64,000 nt of DNA from an uncultured Candidatus Saccharimonadales bacterium (lineage in GTDB: Bacteria > Patescibacteriota > Saccharimonadia > UBA4664), in NCBI GenBank assembly GCA_964467655.1, contig CAYXSN010000004.1:19906-83905 (forward strand). Direction: 5' to 3'. How positions within the stretch are numbered: position 1 is the stretch's first letter; every line of letters starts with the position of its first letter. Positions 46,516-56,059 of this stretch are shown here, piece after piece. Under the pieces are notes generated by a model, which saw nothing but the letters and a program-made list of their open reading frames with translations, was not told the origin of the DNA and made no database searches. The position numbers were made by a program, and so were the translations under genes.

Positions 46516-47860
46516 AGAGCAAGCCGCTCACCACAGCCGCCAGGGTGAAGCCAAGCATTGGTTGACCAGGAAGGCCGGTGCCGGGCGCGCTGGCGCCGAG
46601 GACGCCAGAGAGGTCGATGGCAACCGTGTCTGAGTCCGTGGGGTCAGCATTGGCATTATCGGCGACCGAGACACTGGCGGTGGTGGTGAGGCTTGAAGCC
46701 GCCGCTTTAGACACTTTGGCGAGCACCGTGACGACCGGCGAGCTGGTGCCGGCGGCTAAGACGTCGCCGCGCTGGCAGGACACGGTCTGGGCGTTGACCG
46801 TGCAGGTCCAGCCGTCGCCGGCTGCCGACTGTGGGACGAGGCCTTCGGGCAGTGCCTGAGTCAGACTGTAGCCGGCTTGAGTGTTCTCGGCGTCAGCAGC
46901 ATTGGTGGCGCGAAGTGTAAACTGGCCATTGCCGCCGGCGTTCAACGTACCGTTGTGGGCAATGTCAACCGAGACGTTTGGTTGGTTGGTGTTGATAACG
47001 AGACCCTTGATCTCGTGAGTGTTGGTCTGGTCGCCGGTGGAGGCCGCAAAGCCAAATTTGAAGCTGGCAGGCAGTGTGCCGGCACCGTTGATGGTTGTCA
47101 GGTTGATGTTCGACAATTCAGTGACGTAACCGCTGCCATAGTTGACGGCCACTGTCATGATGTTGCCGGTGCTGATGCTGATGCGCACCTGGCGTTTGGC
47201 GCTGCTGCGGTCGGCAGCCATGAGCGGGCCGGTGGCCACTTTGCCCGTGACATACTGGTAACCTGTGGCTTCTGAGCCTCGGATGACGACACTGTTGGGT
47301 GTGCGGCCGATGCCACCGGTGCCATGGTCATTGCCCGAGAAGTTACCAAAGCTATCAAAACCGACCCCCACGTAGCCACCTTCGATGCCCGGGTCAGCCG
47401 AATCGCTGGAGTAACCAAGCGAGCCACCAAAAGCACCTGGGGCGCTTGGGTTGGCTGATCCGTCAATGAGGAAGAACGCCACGCCATCGGCACCGTTACC
47501 ACCATACTGATACATGTCGAAGTTAATGCTTAAGCCCTGTCCTGAAGGAATGGCTGTGTTGTAAATGGCGTAGCCCGAGCGGAACTGGGCGGTAGGCGTG
47601 AGGCGCAAGTACCCTTGACCATCGGCGTCGAGAGGTCCGCCAGCGCAGGCTGGTACTGATCCGGCCGCGGCGGACGGTGCAGCCGTCAAACAGGCCTCGG
47701 ATCCGCCTCCGCCACCGCTGAGCCAGGCGCCCGCCGGTGTACTCGTTCCGGTAAACGTTTCTCCGGCCAATGGCGCGGCTAGAGCTGAACTACTTAGCAC
47801 CGGCAAAGCTGCCACGAGTGTGGCTGCCACGGCCTTGCGGATTGGTTTTGCAAACAGCAT
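46472..47860 (-). CDS. cell-surface protein: signal peptide, L-type (legume-like) lectin domain, DUF11-like Ig repeat, C-terminal sorting signal (hydrophobic helix plus RFRRP tail)
   Basis: ATG 47860 with a gggagg RBS. ADGVAFFLIDG...GGSLGYSS and VGVGFDSFGN resemble the legume lectin signature. C-terminus ...APGTGLPGQPMLGFTLAAVVSGLLFVLANRFRRP. Confidence 0.6.
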   Translation of the reverse strand: MLFAKPIRKAVAATLVAALPVLSSSALAAPLAGETFTGTSTPAGAWLSGGGGGSEACLTAAPSAAAGSVPACAGGPLDADGQGYLRLTPTAQFRSGYAIYNTAIPSGQGLSINFDMYQYGGNGADGVAFFLIDGSANPSAPGAFGGSLGYSSDSADPGIEGGYVGVGFDSFGNFSGNDHGTGGIGRTPNSVVIRGSEATGYQYVTGKVATGPLMAADRSSAKRQVRISISTGNIMTVAVNYGSGYVTELSNINLTTINGAGTLPASFKFGFAASTGDQTNTHEIKGLVINTNQPNVSVDIAHNGTLNAGGNGQFTLRATNAADAENTQAGYSLTQALPEGLVPQSAAGDGWTCTVNAQTVSCQRGDVLAAGTSSPVVTVLAKVSKAAASSLTTTASVSVADNANADPTDSDTVAIDLSGVLGASAPGTGLPGQPMLGFTLAAVVSGLLFVLANRFRRPSEKL

Positions 47861-47934
47861 ACTTCGAACCTCCCTCACGTTGTCTCTCCCATTACAGCAT
47901 AAAGGCTTTCTCCGGGCAAGGCGGGCGGACCCTG

Positions 47935-48987
47935 TTACTGGGCGATACCGCTGCCGTTTTCCCAAGTATTGCCGATCCAGGCGGTCACCGAGGCGTTGTC
48001 CCTGATGAGTGCCGGACCATACGTAGCCCGGCCAGCGGGTGATGTTCCGTACCACGTATTATTGGTGAAGGTCGCGTTGGTGACGTTGTAACCCTGTTCG
48101 TCAACGTACACCGTATAACTACCGCCGCCTAGCCAGTTACCTTTGACATCTATGGCGTTCATGTTGCTCCAGGTGGCGGTAATGTTGATGGCGCCGGTTT
48201 CGTTGCGCCAATTGCCGCTCGCGTCGGTGAGCATAATGTTGTTGCCCCAGATCTTGGTATTACTGCCGGAATACACTTCGATGCCGTCGTAATGCGCTGT
48301 CGGGCTGTCGGAGAGGAGCTTTTCGATAAAATTGGCCTGAATGATGGTATTGCCGCCGGCGGTAATGGTGTTTTCAAATTTGGTCAGATAATTGCCACAG
48401 ATGAAGGCGTCAGTAGCTAAAATGCCGGTATAGGCGCCGTTGGGGGAGGTGATTTCGTTGTGAATGACCCTTGTGCCAGTGACGCCATCCATCACTCTGA
48501 TGGCCCAGTAGCCCGATTGCGTAATACGAGAATTCTCTATGGTGACGTTGTTGGCCGACACCGTGATGCCGCCGGTGATGTTTTTGGCGCTAACGACCTG
48601 GCCGGCGGTAGTGACGTTGATGTTACCGCTGGCCGACAGGACGGTACCTGCTGGTATGCCGGTGTTGGCGGCTATAGGCTTGGCCGCTGGCAAAGCCGGT
48701 GAGGTGGTGCAGGCATCGGCCGTAGGCGTGCTTGAGGGCACCGGCATCGGTGTGGGAGTGGCGGCGGCAGCAAATGTAACCACGCTGCCGCCCGAAGATC
48801 CGGTGATTGACGCAACGACAACGCCAGCCGAAGGTGTACCAGACTCGGCCTCAAAGGCTACCAGCGGCCCGGCTGCCCAAGTGCGGACGGCCACGTAACC
48901 CAGCAAGGTGACGGCCGCTATCACGACAGCTGCCCTGAGTTTCAACCAGGACAGCCGCGACAGTTTGATAAGTTTTGCCGCTGCCAT
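47935..48987 (-). CDS. secreted/anchored right-handed parallel beta-helix protein (possible polysaccharide lyase/hydrolase)
   Basis: Signal anchor, then repetitive N-I-T-x-G/N-x-I beta-helix rungs. Confidence 0.5.
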   Translation of the reverse strand: MAAAKLIKLSRLSWLKLRAAVVIAAVTLLGYVAVRTWAAGPLVAFEAESGTPSAGVVVASITGSSGGSVVTFAAAATPTPMPVPSSTPTADACTTSPALPAAKPIAANTGIPAGTVLSASGNINVTTAGQVVSAKNITGGITVSANNVTIENSRITQSGYWAIRVMDGVTGTRVIHNEITSPNGAYTGILATDAFICGNYLTKFENTITAGGNTIIQANFIEKLLSDSPTAHYDGIEVYSGSNTKIWGNNIMLTDASGNWRNETGAINITATWSNMNAIDVKGNWLGGGSYTVYVDEQGYNVTNATFTNNTWYGTSPAGRATYGPALIRDNASVTAWIGNTWENGSGIAQ

Positions 48988-49095
48988 TACGGTAATGGTA
49001 GCACAAACCGGACCTAGCTAACGATCTGGAGGGCGCTGTGCCAGTTGGTGCCGAGAGCGCTTTCCCGGTTTTATGCTATAATTAGTATAGTAAGT

Positions 49096-49389
49096 ATGAC
49101 CTGCCTCACCACCCTCAAATTACTCGGCGACTACTGGACACTGCGGTTGCTTGATGCTCTGCGCGATCAGACGCTGCGCTATTGCCAACTCCAGCGCGCG
49201 GTCGATAATCTCAACCCCGTAACCTTGACGAACCGGCTGAAGCGGCTCGAAGAGGCCGGGCTCGTGGAGCGCCATGATGATACCACCGACAAAACGGCTG
49301 TTATCTATCAGCTGACCGAACGAGGCCGACAAGCCCTACCGGTAATTGATGCTCTGGACCAGTTTGCAGCAGCAGGCCCTAAGGGTTAA
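49096..49389 (+). CDS. HxlR-family winged-HTH transcriptional regulator
   Basis: ATG 49096. CLTTLKLLGDYWTLRLLDAL...YCQLQRAV...TLTNRLKRLEEAGLV. Confidence 0.75.
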   Translation: MTCLTTLKLLGDYWTLRLLDALRDQTLRYCQLQRAVDNLNPVTLTNRLKRLEEAGLVERHDDTTDKTAVIYQLTERGRQALPVIDALDQFAAAGPKG

Positions 49390-49595
49390 GTCGTCGTTGC
49401 TGCTGCGTTTGCCACACTTTTTAGCCGTTTGGCGGTTGTATACCAAGTTGGCTCACTTTATGGCAGTTGTAGGGAATAATCGGCACTTTTTCCCGATTAT
49501 TCCCTACGAACCCAATACAAGACTGGGAAAAAGTTAGTCGTCAGAACGGTCAGGAACGCATATACTCATAAAACTTATGAGCGAGAGTAGTACAT

Positions 49596-49763
49596 ATGCG
49601 TAAACTAGTGATCCTGACTTTTGTATCTTTAGACGGCGTCATGCAGGCACCGGGTGGCGAGGGTGAAGATCCCTCAGGCGGGTTTGGCCTGGAAGGTTGG
49701 TCGATGAGCTACAACGATGAGGCATCCGGTACCATGAAATGTGGCGCTATCGAGCCTTTTTGA
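49596..49763 (+). pseudogene. truncated N-terminal fragment of a RibD_C / dihydrofolate-reductase-family gene
   Basis: MRKLVILTFVSLDGVMQAPGGEGEDPSGGFGLEGW is the hallmark N-terminus of about 185-aa RibD_C proteins. The ORF stops after 55 codons, where the convergent 49747..50685 gene begins. Confidence 0.5.
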
Positions 49764-50685
49764 GGACATGCGCCAAACGAAACAGCTCGACACCTGTGAC
49801 TTCGCCCAGATATGATTGTTCGACATGGGCTAGCCCGGCCGAGAGACAGATCTGAATATTCATGGGTCGGCCAATTGCCCGCTGGGCAGCGCGAATGTCG
49901 GCCATTAGAGGCCGAGCCACTGTGACCACAAACCGCTGGATGCTGGTGTTGTCGGCCCTGTCGACCCAATCGGGAAACATGACTACGATATTTTGGCCAT
50001 CACCACGCAGGCTGGTGATACTGCCACCGGCGGCGGCGGCAAGCGTTGCCACCTGCGGGCCAAAGGTGTTGAGAAAATGGCGCAAATGACCGTAGCGTTG
50101 TCGAGCTAACTGACTGGAGCCAGTGATGTCCCACATGATGACGAAGGCATTGGGAGTCGTGGGGGTATTCAACATGAGGGCATCAGCTAGTGATGGTAGC
50201 TTGGCGCTGGCGCGTAAGAGATCCTTGGTGGCCTGGTTGATGCTCGCTGCTTGATCGGCACTTAGATCGCGCAGTTGTGTTACTGAAGGTAATGGCAGTG
50301 TTTGGGTTGTATCAAATGCTAGCTGGATGATAGCCGATGGCAGCGCCGGTTGACCGACTGCCAAGCCATAGACCACATGGCCGCCAGGGTTGAGTCGGCT
50401 GGGTTGATAATCGGTTGTTGGATGCCTGAACATATCACCCAACGTCGTGGCCCGCAGATCAACCCGGCGACCCAGTATACGGCGCCGGGTAAAAGCTAAT
50501 TGCCGGGTAGGGCGACCTGTGGCATTCACCGCCGCCACAGCCCCGGCGGAGTCGGCGTGATACTGGTCTGGCACGAATAAGACCGCTCCATTGAAAGCCG
50601 GAAACTCAGCCAACGCATCCACAAGCGGCGCTATGGCATGAGTTGCAGTCTGAGTTGCTGAGTGAAGTTCTGCCGGTGGATTCAT
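49747..50685 (-). CDS. protein with a C-terminal class-III nucleotidyl-cyclase-homology-like domain. The N-terminal domain is unknown
   Basis: AFVIMWDITGSS...LRGDGQNIVVMF resembles the paired Asp metal-binding segments of class III cyclases. Tentative. Confidence 0.4.
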   Translation of the reverse strand: MNPPAELHSATQTATHAIAPLVDALAEFPAFNGAVLFVPDQYHADSAGAVAAVNATGRPTRQLAFTRRRILGRRVDLRATTLGDMFRHPTTDYQPSRLNPGGHVVYGLAVGQPALPSAIIQLAFDTTQTLPLPSVTQLRDLSADQAASINQATKDLLRASAKLPSLADALMLNTPTTPNAFVIMWDITGSSQLARQRYGHLRHFLNTFGPQVATLAAAAGGSITSLRGDGQNIVVMFPDWVDRADNTSIQRFVVTVARPLMADIRAAQRAIGRPMNIQICLSAGLAHVEQSYLGEVTGVELFRLAHVLKKAR

Positions 50686-51071
50686 GGCTTCTTGATTTGA
50701 GGAATCGCGCTCTGGGGTACCTGGCGCACCTTGATGGTACTGGCACCTTGGATGTAGAGCTTCACGAGCCGATGGAGCCCGTCGAGAATCACCCAGCGCC
50801 CGCGCCAGAACATGATATCAATGGGGTGTGATGTGTCGGCAGCCATGGTACGGTCGTATTCGGCGCTGAAGTCATGCGGATGATCGATGACGTCCCGGGC
50901 TTTGAGGTCGTAGAATCCTCCAGGTTTTGACCAAAATGGAATTTCAAAATGCCAGGTGAGTTCGGTTATGGGGATTACTACCACCGGCACATCAAGCTGC
51001 CAGACTTTTTGGACGTCCCAGCTGAAGTCGAAGCCAACTTCTTGGATAATGGGAGGGAATGCGCGCTTCAT
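50682..51071 (-). CDS. ParB/sulfiredoxin-superfamily (ParBc-like) domain protein
   Basis: PIDIMFWRGRWVILDGLHRLVKLYIQGASTIKVRQV matches the ParB-like nuclease/Srx core (viDGhHRl.A....G...i.v). Confidence 0.5.
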   Translation of the reverse strand: MKRAFPPIIQEVGFDFSWDVQKVWQLDVPVVVIPITELTWHFEIPFWSKPGGFYDLKARDVIDHPHDFSAEYDRTMAADTSHPIDIMFWRGRWVILDGLHRLVKLYIQGASTIKVRQVPQSAIPQIKKP

Positions 51072-51500
51072 ACTTATAGAGACTACCTAAAATATGATGG
51101 TGGTACTAGTTATCATTTGTCCCCCTGTACTTGCACATCGTCTCCCTTACCGCGCAAATAGTGCTCATATTCGATATCTCGGTCAATTGCAGTTTGTAAT
51201 GCACCGCGAATAACCTGGGTGCGGCTACGGCCTTTGATGAACTGCGCCCAGTCAAGGTAGTTGCGCTCGGCACCGTTGAGTACTAAGTGGAAGCGGCTTT
51301 TATCGGTGCTGTTTTTGATAGCGCAAAGCCAGTGTAATATAAGTAATTATCACGATATGTATGTAACTCGGCGGTCGACGAGGTAAAGTAGACTTTCATG
51401 TGGCGTAGAGTACGTGATGAGCAAATAATGTGCAAGGTGTGCATACCAACTTCTACCAAGCATCAGTACCATGGCCTTAGTACTCATAAGGAGCCCGTTC

Positions 51501-51917
51501 ATGAAGACTATCAATTTAGCCGGTTGCATTATGTTAGATGATCAGCAGCGCATTCTCATGCTGCACCGCAACACGCCAAAGCGGACACAGTGGGAAATTC
51601 CGGGCGGGAAGATTGAAGCCGGCGAATCCGCCGAGGCGGCGGCCCAGCGTGAAGTGAGAGAAGAGCTTGGCCTGGAGGTAATCATTAGCCGCGAAATTGG
51701 TTCGCGGTCATTTGTGGAAGATGACCATACCATGGGCTACACCTGGTTTCTGGCTGATGTGTCGGCGGGTGTTCCCCAAGTAATGGAGCCGGATCTGTAT
51801 GACGAGCTACGCTACTTGAGTATGGCTGATTTGCGCGAGTTGCGGCCAGAATTATCTGCCAATACGGTGAATTTTGTAACCGAGCTTGAGGCGGGGCGAG
51901 TCAAGCTGACAGCGTAA
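51501..51917 (+). CDS. Nudix hydrolase
   Basis: ATG 51501 with a taaggag RBS. Nudix box GGKIEAGESAEAAAQREVREELGL. Confidence 0.8.
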   Translation: MKTINLAGCIMLDDQQRILMLHRNTPKRTQWEIPGGKIEAGESAEAAAQREVREELGLEVIISREIGSRSFVEDDHTMGYTWFLADVSAGVPQVMEPDLYDELRYLSMADLRELRPELSANTVNFVTELEAGRVKLTA

Positions 51918-52038
51918 TTGGACGAGTACGGAGTGAGCGTGGGGGGCTCATGGGCCACGTCATCGTTCAGTCTGGCATTAGCTTGATGCAGACAGCTATC
52001 CTGGCTGTTTTCTGGAGCAGCAATGCTAAAATGTCTTC

Positions 52039-52593
52039 ATGGCACCACAAGTCCCCCAACTACCCGGCCTGGACATCCCGGTTGTATTTGCAAACGGCAC
52101 TGATGTCTACGACCGGTTGGCCCAATCGTACCGGCGGCATGCCAAGGGCTACTTTTTGTTGGCGCCGTCGGGGGCGGGCAAAACCTATTTTGTTGACCAT
52201 CAGGTTTTGCCCGACTGGATTGACGGCGATGTGTTGTGGCAGGCCGTGGGCGCTCTACCCGACGGCGAGTGGTGGAACTTGCCCCTGGAGCGGATTATGG
52301 AGCTTGAAGCCCGCTGCGATCTGATTACGCAAGAAGCCAGGCGGTTGGGGTTTTGGGTACTGGGTGGATCAAATACCTGGCTCCAGCCTGACGCTGTGGT
52401 ACTGCCGCACTGGCAGACCCAAAAGTACCGGATGGGTTTACGACTCAAGCACAATTATGACGGCGGGTTGGCCCCCGACCAAACCGGCAAAGCTCTCACG
52501 CAGCGCCGATGGTTCAGCCGCTGGACCAAGCAAGGCGTACCCAAATTTACCAGCATCGAGGCAGCGGCGGCTAGCTTAGCCGCGCGGATGTAA
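52039..52593 (+). CDS. P-loop NTPase (kinase-like), hypothetical
   Basis: Walker A APSGAGKT. Confidence 0.45.
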   Translation: MAPQVPQLPGLDIPVVFANGTDVYDRLAQSYRRHAKGYFLLAPSGAGKTYFVDHQVLPDWIDGDVLWQAVGALPDGEWWNLPLERIMELEARCDLITQEARRLGFWVLGGSNTWLQPDAVVLPHWQTQKYRMGLRLKHNYDGGLAPDQTGKALTQRRWFSRWTKQGVPKFTSIEAAAASLAARM

Positions 52594-53520
52594 CGGCACA
52601 TCGTAGGTTGTATCGGCGATCGTGCTGGTGGCGTGACCATCGGGCGCGAGGTCTATGGCGATGCCACCACCGTAATCAACGGGTAGCCCGTCTTGCTTGG
52701 TGCCGCCGGCCAGTTTCAGTTTTACAAACGGACTGATGGTGTCGTAGTGCGTGGCCGCCCAGATAAGCAGGCGGCGGCCAGGGTTGGCGTCATGGTAACC
52801 TTTGGCAAACTCAGCTAAGGCACTGACGGCCTCTTGAGTGCGGTCGGCAATGCCATCGGGGCCCTCGGCATTCATGGTGGCGCGGTCTTCGGCGTGCCAG
52901 TCTTCCTCGAAAGCTATCCAGAAGTCTCGGGTCTGTGCGCCGTAGCGCTCGGTCAGAAACTGACTGAATGCCTCGTGACTGAGCATCTGCGGCTCCCGCA
53001 ACCGGGGTTCAACTTGGGGGACACCGGTGATCGACTGGCCGTCGATGCCTTGGACCGGCTGCACTACGTTGATGATGCGTCCGCTATCCAGGTCGGCATC
53101 AGCCAGCGCGCCGGCCATACCGTCCCAAACGGCCTCGGCGGTTTCCATACTGCGCCGGCCACCACCTTGGTACTGGGTGTCACTGGCTACGACGAGGATA
53201 TCAAAGTTCTCACGCTCGGCTTCAGGAATGCCGCCGATGAGCTGGGCCACAACATCATATCCAAGCTGGTTTTGGTCCCGCTCCGCCCGGCCGGTGAGGC
53301 TGCCCACGAACGGGTCGTCTTCATCACGAATATACTCACCATGACGTTGCAGAATAATTTCGGTGCCGCCAAGTTTGGGAACGTGGGCCTGGATGTCTCG
53401 TTGGGTGATGCGCTCCGGAAGCGTGCGAGTCTCGGACACGGCGGCTTCGTTTAGGCTAGCCGCCAGCTCGGCGCCACTAAAGACTGTACCGCTTTCGGGC
53501 TGTGGGGTTTCATGGCTCAT
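52576..53520 (-). CDS. histidine phosphatase superfamily (phosphoglycerate-mutase-like) protein
   Basis: RHG motif (ILQRHGE) near the N-terminus. 314 aa. Confidence 0.6.
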   Translation of the reverse strand: MSHETPQPESGTVFSGAELAASLNEAAVSETRTLPERITQRDIQAHVPKLGGTEIILQRHGEYIRDEDDPFVGSLTGRAERDQNQLGYDVVAQLIGGIPEAERENFDILVVASDTQYQGGGRRSMETAEAVWDGMAGALADADLDSGRIINVVQPVQGIDGQSITGVPQVEPRLREPQMLSHEAFSQFLTERYGAQTRDFWIAFEEDWHAEDRATMNAEGPDGIADRTQEAVSALAEFAKGYHDANPGRRLLIWAATHYDTISPFVKLKLAGGTKQDGLPVDYGGGIAIDLAPDGHATSTIADTTYDVPLHPRG

Positions 53521-53538
53521 ATGGTGAGTATAATGCGG

Positions 53539-53940
53539 CTACTCCAGATACCCAAGCTTCCGAAACAGCTTCTCGCTCGGCGGCACATGCTCGTAATCGG
53601 GCAGATCCTTGATGTCCACCCACTTGAGCTCCTCGTTGGGGTTGACCGGATGGGGCTCGCCGCCGGCCAGCTCGCACATGGCATCTAGATAGATGAAGCG
53701 CTTTTGCTCGCCGTCGTGATCGTTTTTGACGTCTTCATCCCAGCCAAGGCCTTGCGTGATGCGGACGGTCATGTTCCAGCGGGCCTGGAGCTCGCGGTTG
53801 AGCATGTCGACGACGGTGCCCTCGCCTTCGAGCCGGCCGCCAAACAGCCCCCACGGTTTGTCGTAGGGGTTGCGGGCCGGGTCAAACTTGCGGCGGGGCG
53901 GGGCATATGAATACCCCGCCTCTTTGCGCCGACCTACGCT
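53539..53940 (-). pseudogene. Nudix-like ORF lacking a canonical start for its motif-bearing N-terminus
   Basis: The reading frame is open from the in-frame TGA at 53941..53943. The degenerate Nudix box GGRLEGEGTVVDMLNREL lies upstream of the only ATG (53805). No ATG/GTG/TTG occurs between the upstream stop and that ATG. Confidence 0.35.
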
Positions 53941-53949
53941 TCAGCCGCT

Positions 53950-54786
53950 CTAATTGTAAACGTAGTTGATCGTTACTTTTGGATCGTAGTGCCAGCACCA
54001 GCCAAATGACTTTTGGAGCCCGATCAAGCCATTTGTATACGCATCTGCACCCGGCAGTGACTGCCCCGGCAAAGCCTCTACTACCGGTTCTGCGATGGCT
54101 GCCGTTTGCTCAAACCCAAGCGGGAACACCACCGTGGCGGCGAGCTTAGCGGCGCCACTCGGTACAAAGCTCAGCAACGGGGCGTACATTACGAGCTGGT
54201 ACGCCTTAGGGTTACCGGCCTGCGGCAAGAGCTTTTGACTCAGGTGAATCCGCACAACGTGCTGGCCTGCCGGAATGGCTAGATCGGCAATCTTAAAGTG
54301 TTTGGCTAGCTCATGCAGGGCGGCATCGGGATGCTGCCCGTCAAGCGCGATGCCGGCCTTTGCGAGTACGGGCTGCAGCAGCGGTTCGTCGTGTTTTGTG
54401 ATACGGCGAAAGTTGGCAACTACATCAAATTTATCGTCGGTTGCCGAAACGACCCGCGCAAAGGCCCGAGTGCCCGCCTCAACATCCGCATGTACTACGA
54501 GCCGGTAAACTTGCTCTGTTGGCGCGTTCACAAGTGCAGTGATAGTTGCGTTCGCAACATCATAGCACTCGCTTGGGTTGAAGTTGCGCAACGGCGCAAC
54601 GCTTTCGACATCGATATTGATGCCCTGCGAAAGAATTGGTAAATCGAGCGTGATTGGTTGATTACCCACGGTAACCTCCTGTGTTAAGCTGGAGGTACGG
54701 TGCACAGACGCACCTCCAATCGCCAGGCTTGCATCGGGATCCAAACGACAACAAGCCTGGCGAATTTGTAAATATGAGCATGCCAA
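53950..54786 (-). CDS. hypothetical protein
   Basis: 278-aa ORF. TAG at 53950 and an in-frame TGA 9 nt later. Confidence 0.45.
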   Translation of the reverse strand: MACSYLQIRQACCRLDPDASLAIGGASVHRTSSLTQEVTVGNQPITLDLPILSQGINIDVESVAPLRNFNPSECYDVANATITALVNAPTEQVYRLVVHADVEAGTRAFARVVSATDDKFDVVANFRRITKHDEPLLQPVLAKAGIALDGQHPDAALHELAKHFKIADLAIPAGQHVVRIHLSQKLLPQAGNPKAYQLVMYAPLLSFVPSGAAKLAATVVFPLGFEQTAAIAEPVVEALPGQSLPGADAYTNGLIGLQKSFGWCWHYDPKVTINYVYN

Positions 54787-54874
54787 AGGTCGACGCTTCC
54801 TATCGTAGCCGTTTTCAAATCTTGGTGCAACTGTTTTATGGCTTAAACAGAAATAGGGTTTTTCTTATTTCTAT

Positions 54875-54904
54875 TTGACATGCTAAACAGAAATAAGTTA
54901 AAAT
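54875..54904 (+). promoter_or_regulatory. predicted promoter TTGACA-N18-TAAAAT for fic, with a 'taaacagaaata' direct repeat (x2 at about 54845 and 54886)
   Basis: Seen directly in the AT-rich divergent intergenic region. Confidence 0.45.
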
Positions 54905-54910
54905 CAACAC

Positions 54911-56059
54911 ATGATTAACTCAAAAGAATATGTCCGAGGCTCAATCCGGAAGTACTTTGCTCATCAAGATGCAGAGTATTTCTGTTTTGTGCCCCCAACC
55001 GTTAATAAGGAATTTATATTAACGAATCGCCTCGCAGAGCACACCGAGGAGGCAATGCGCCGCTTAGGAGAGTTAAATGCGTATTCGTCTTTTGTGCCTG
55101 ACGTTGATTACTTCATTCGCATGCATATTCGTAAAGAGGCGGTTCAATCATCTCGGATTGAGGGAACATATACAGGCATTGATGATGCTGTATTGTCCGA
55201 GGAGGATGTTTCTCCAGAAAAACGTAATGATTGGCGAGAAGTTCAAAATTATATTCGTGCTCTCGATCATTCTACGCATCGGCTCGACCAGCTTCCTCTT
55301 GCGATGCGCTTGTTAAATGAAACTCACAAAATTTTATTGGAAGGTGCACGCGGAGACGGTAAAACGCCGGGTGAAATCCGTACAAAACAGAACTGGATTG
55401 GTGGCGCAACAATCCAATCGGCAATATTTGTTCCGCCTCATGCCAATTTACTTTCGGAGGCGCTCAGTGATCTGGAAGCATTTTGGCATAATAGAACTAT
55501 AGCTATGCCCAAATTAATTCGCATTGCAGTTACACATTACCAGTTTGAGACAATTCACCCCTACGCGGATGGAAACGGTCGCATCGGTAGATTATTGATC
55601 ATGCTGCAAATGATGAATTACGGATTGCTCGACAAGCCCACCTTATATATGTCGGATTTTTTTGAAAAACATCGGCAAAACTATTACGGCGCCTTAATGG
55701 AAGTTCGCGCTAACCAGGACTTAGACCATTGGCTGGCCTTCTTTCTAGATGGGGTTATTGAGTCGTCAACGTCGGCTAAGCAAAAATTCGAAAAAATTAT
55801 GGAGCTAAGAAATAATTACACTGAACGGATGATGAAATTGGGGCGGCGCGCAGGAAAGGCGAATAAACTTATAAATTCGCTTTATAGCAAGCCTGTGACT
55901 AGTGCCTCGGAAGCGGCGAGTTTGCTCGAAATATCATTTTCTAACACGAATGTTCTGCTACGTGATTTAGTAAAAGAAAATATACTTAAAGAAATTACAG
56001 GATTCTCGCGAAATCGGATTTTTGTGCTCGATGAGTATATGCAGATCTTTAGGGGCTAA
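54911..56059 (+). CDS. fic: Fic (Fido) family protein, class II (N-terminal inhibitory SxxxEG helix)
   Basis: HPYADGNGRIGR Fic motif. SSRIEG inhibitory motif. Strongly AT-rich compared with its neighbours. Confidence 0.85.
   Translation: MINSKEYVRGSIRKYFAHQDAEYFCFVPPTVNKEFILTNRLAEHTEEAMRRLGELNAYSSFVPDVDYFIRMHIRKEAVQSSRIEGTYTGIDDAVLSEEDVSPEKRNDWREVQNYIRALDHSTHRLDQLPLAMRLLNETHKILLEGARGDGKTPGEIRTKQNWIGGATIQSAIFVPPHANLLSEALSDLEAFWHNRTIAMPKLIRIAVTHYQFETIHPYADGNGRIGRLLIMLQMMNYGLLDKPTLYMSDFFEKHRQNYYGALMEVRANQDLDHWLAFFLDGVIESSTSAKQKFEKIMELRNNYTERMMKLGRRAGKANKLINSLYSKPVTSASEAASLLEISFSNTNVLLRDLVKENILKEITGFSRNRIFVLDEYMQIFRG

Noticed and set aside
49747-51071. Interpretation of the cyclase-like gene as a Pycsar PycC with effector
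   Set aside because: No cNMP-binding effector (TIR or TM) is adjacent. The partner is a ParB/Srx-like protein, so Pycsar does not fit. I left it as an unclassified pair.
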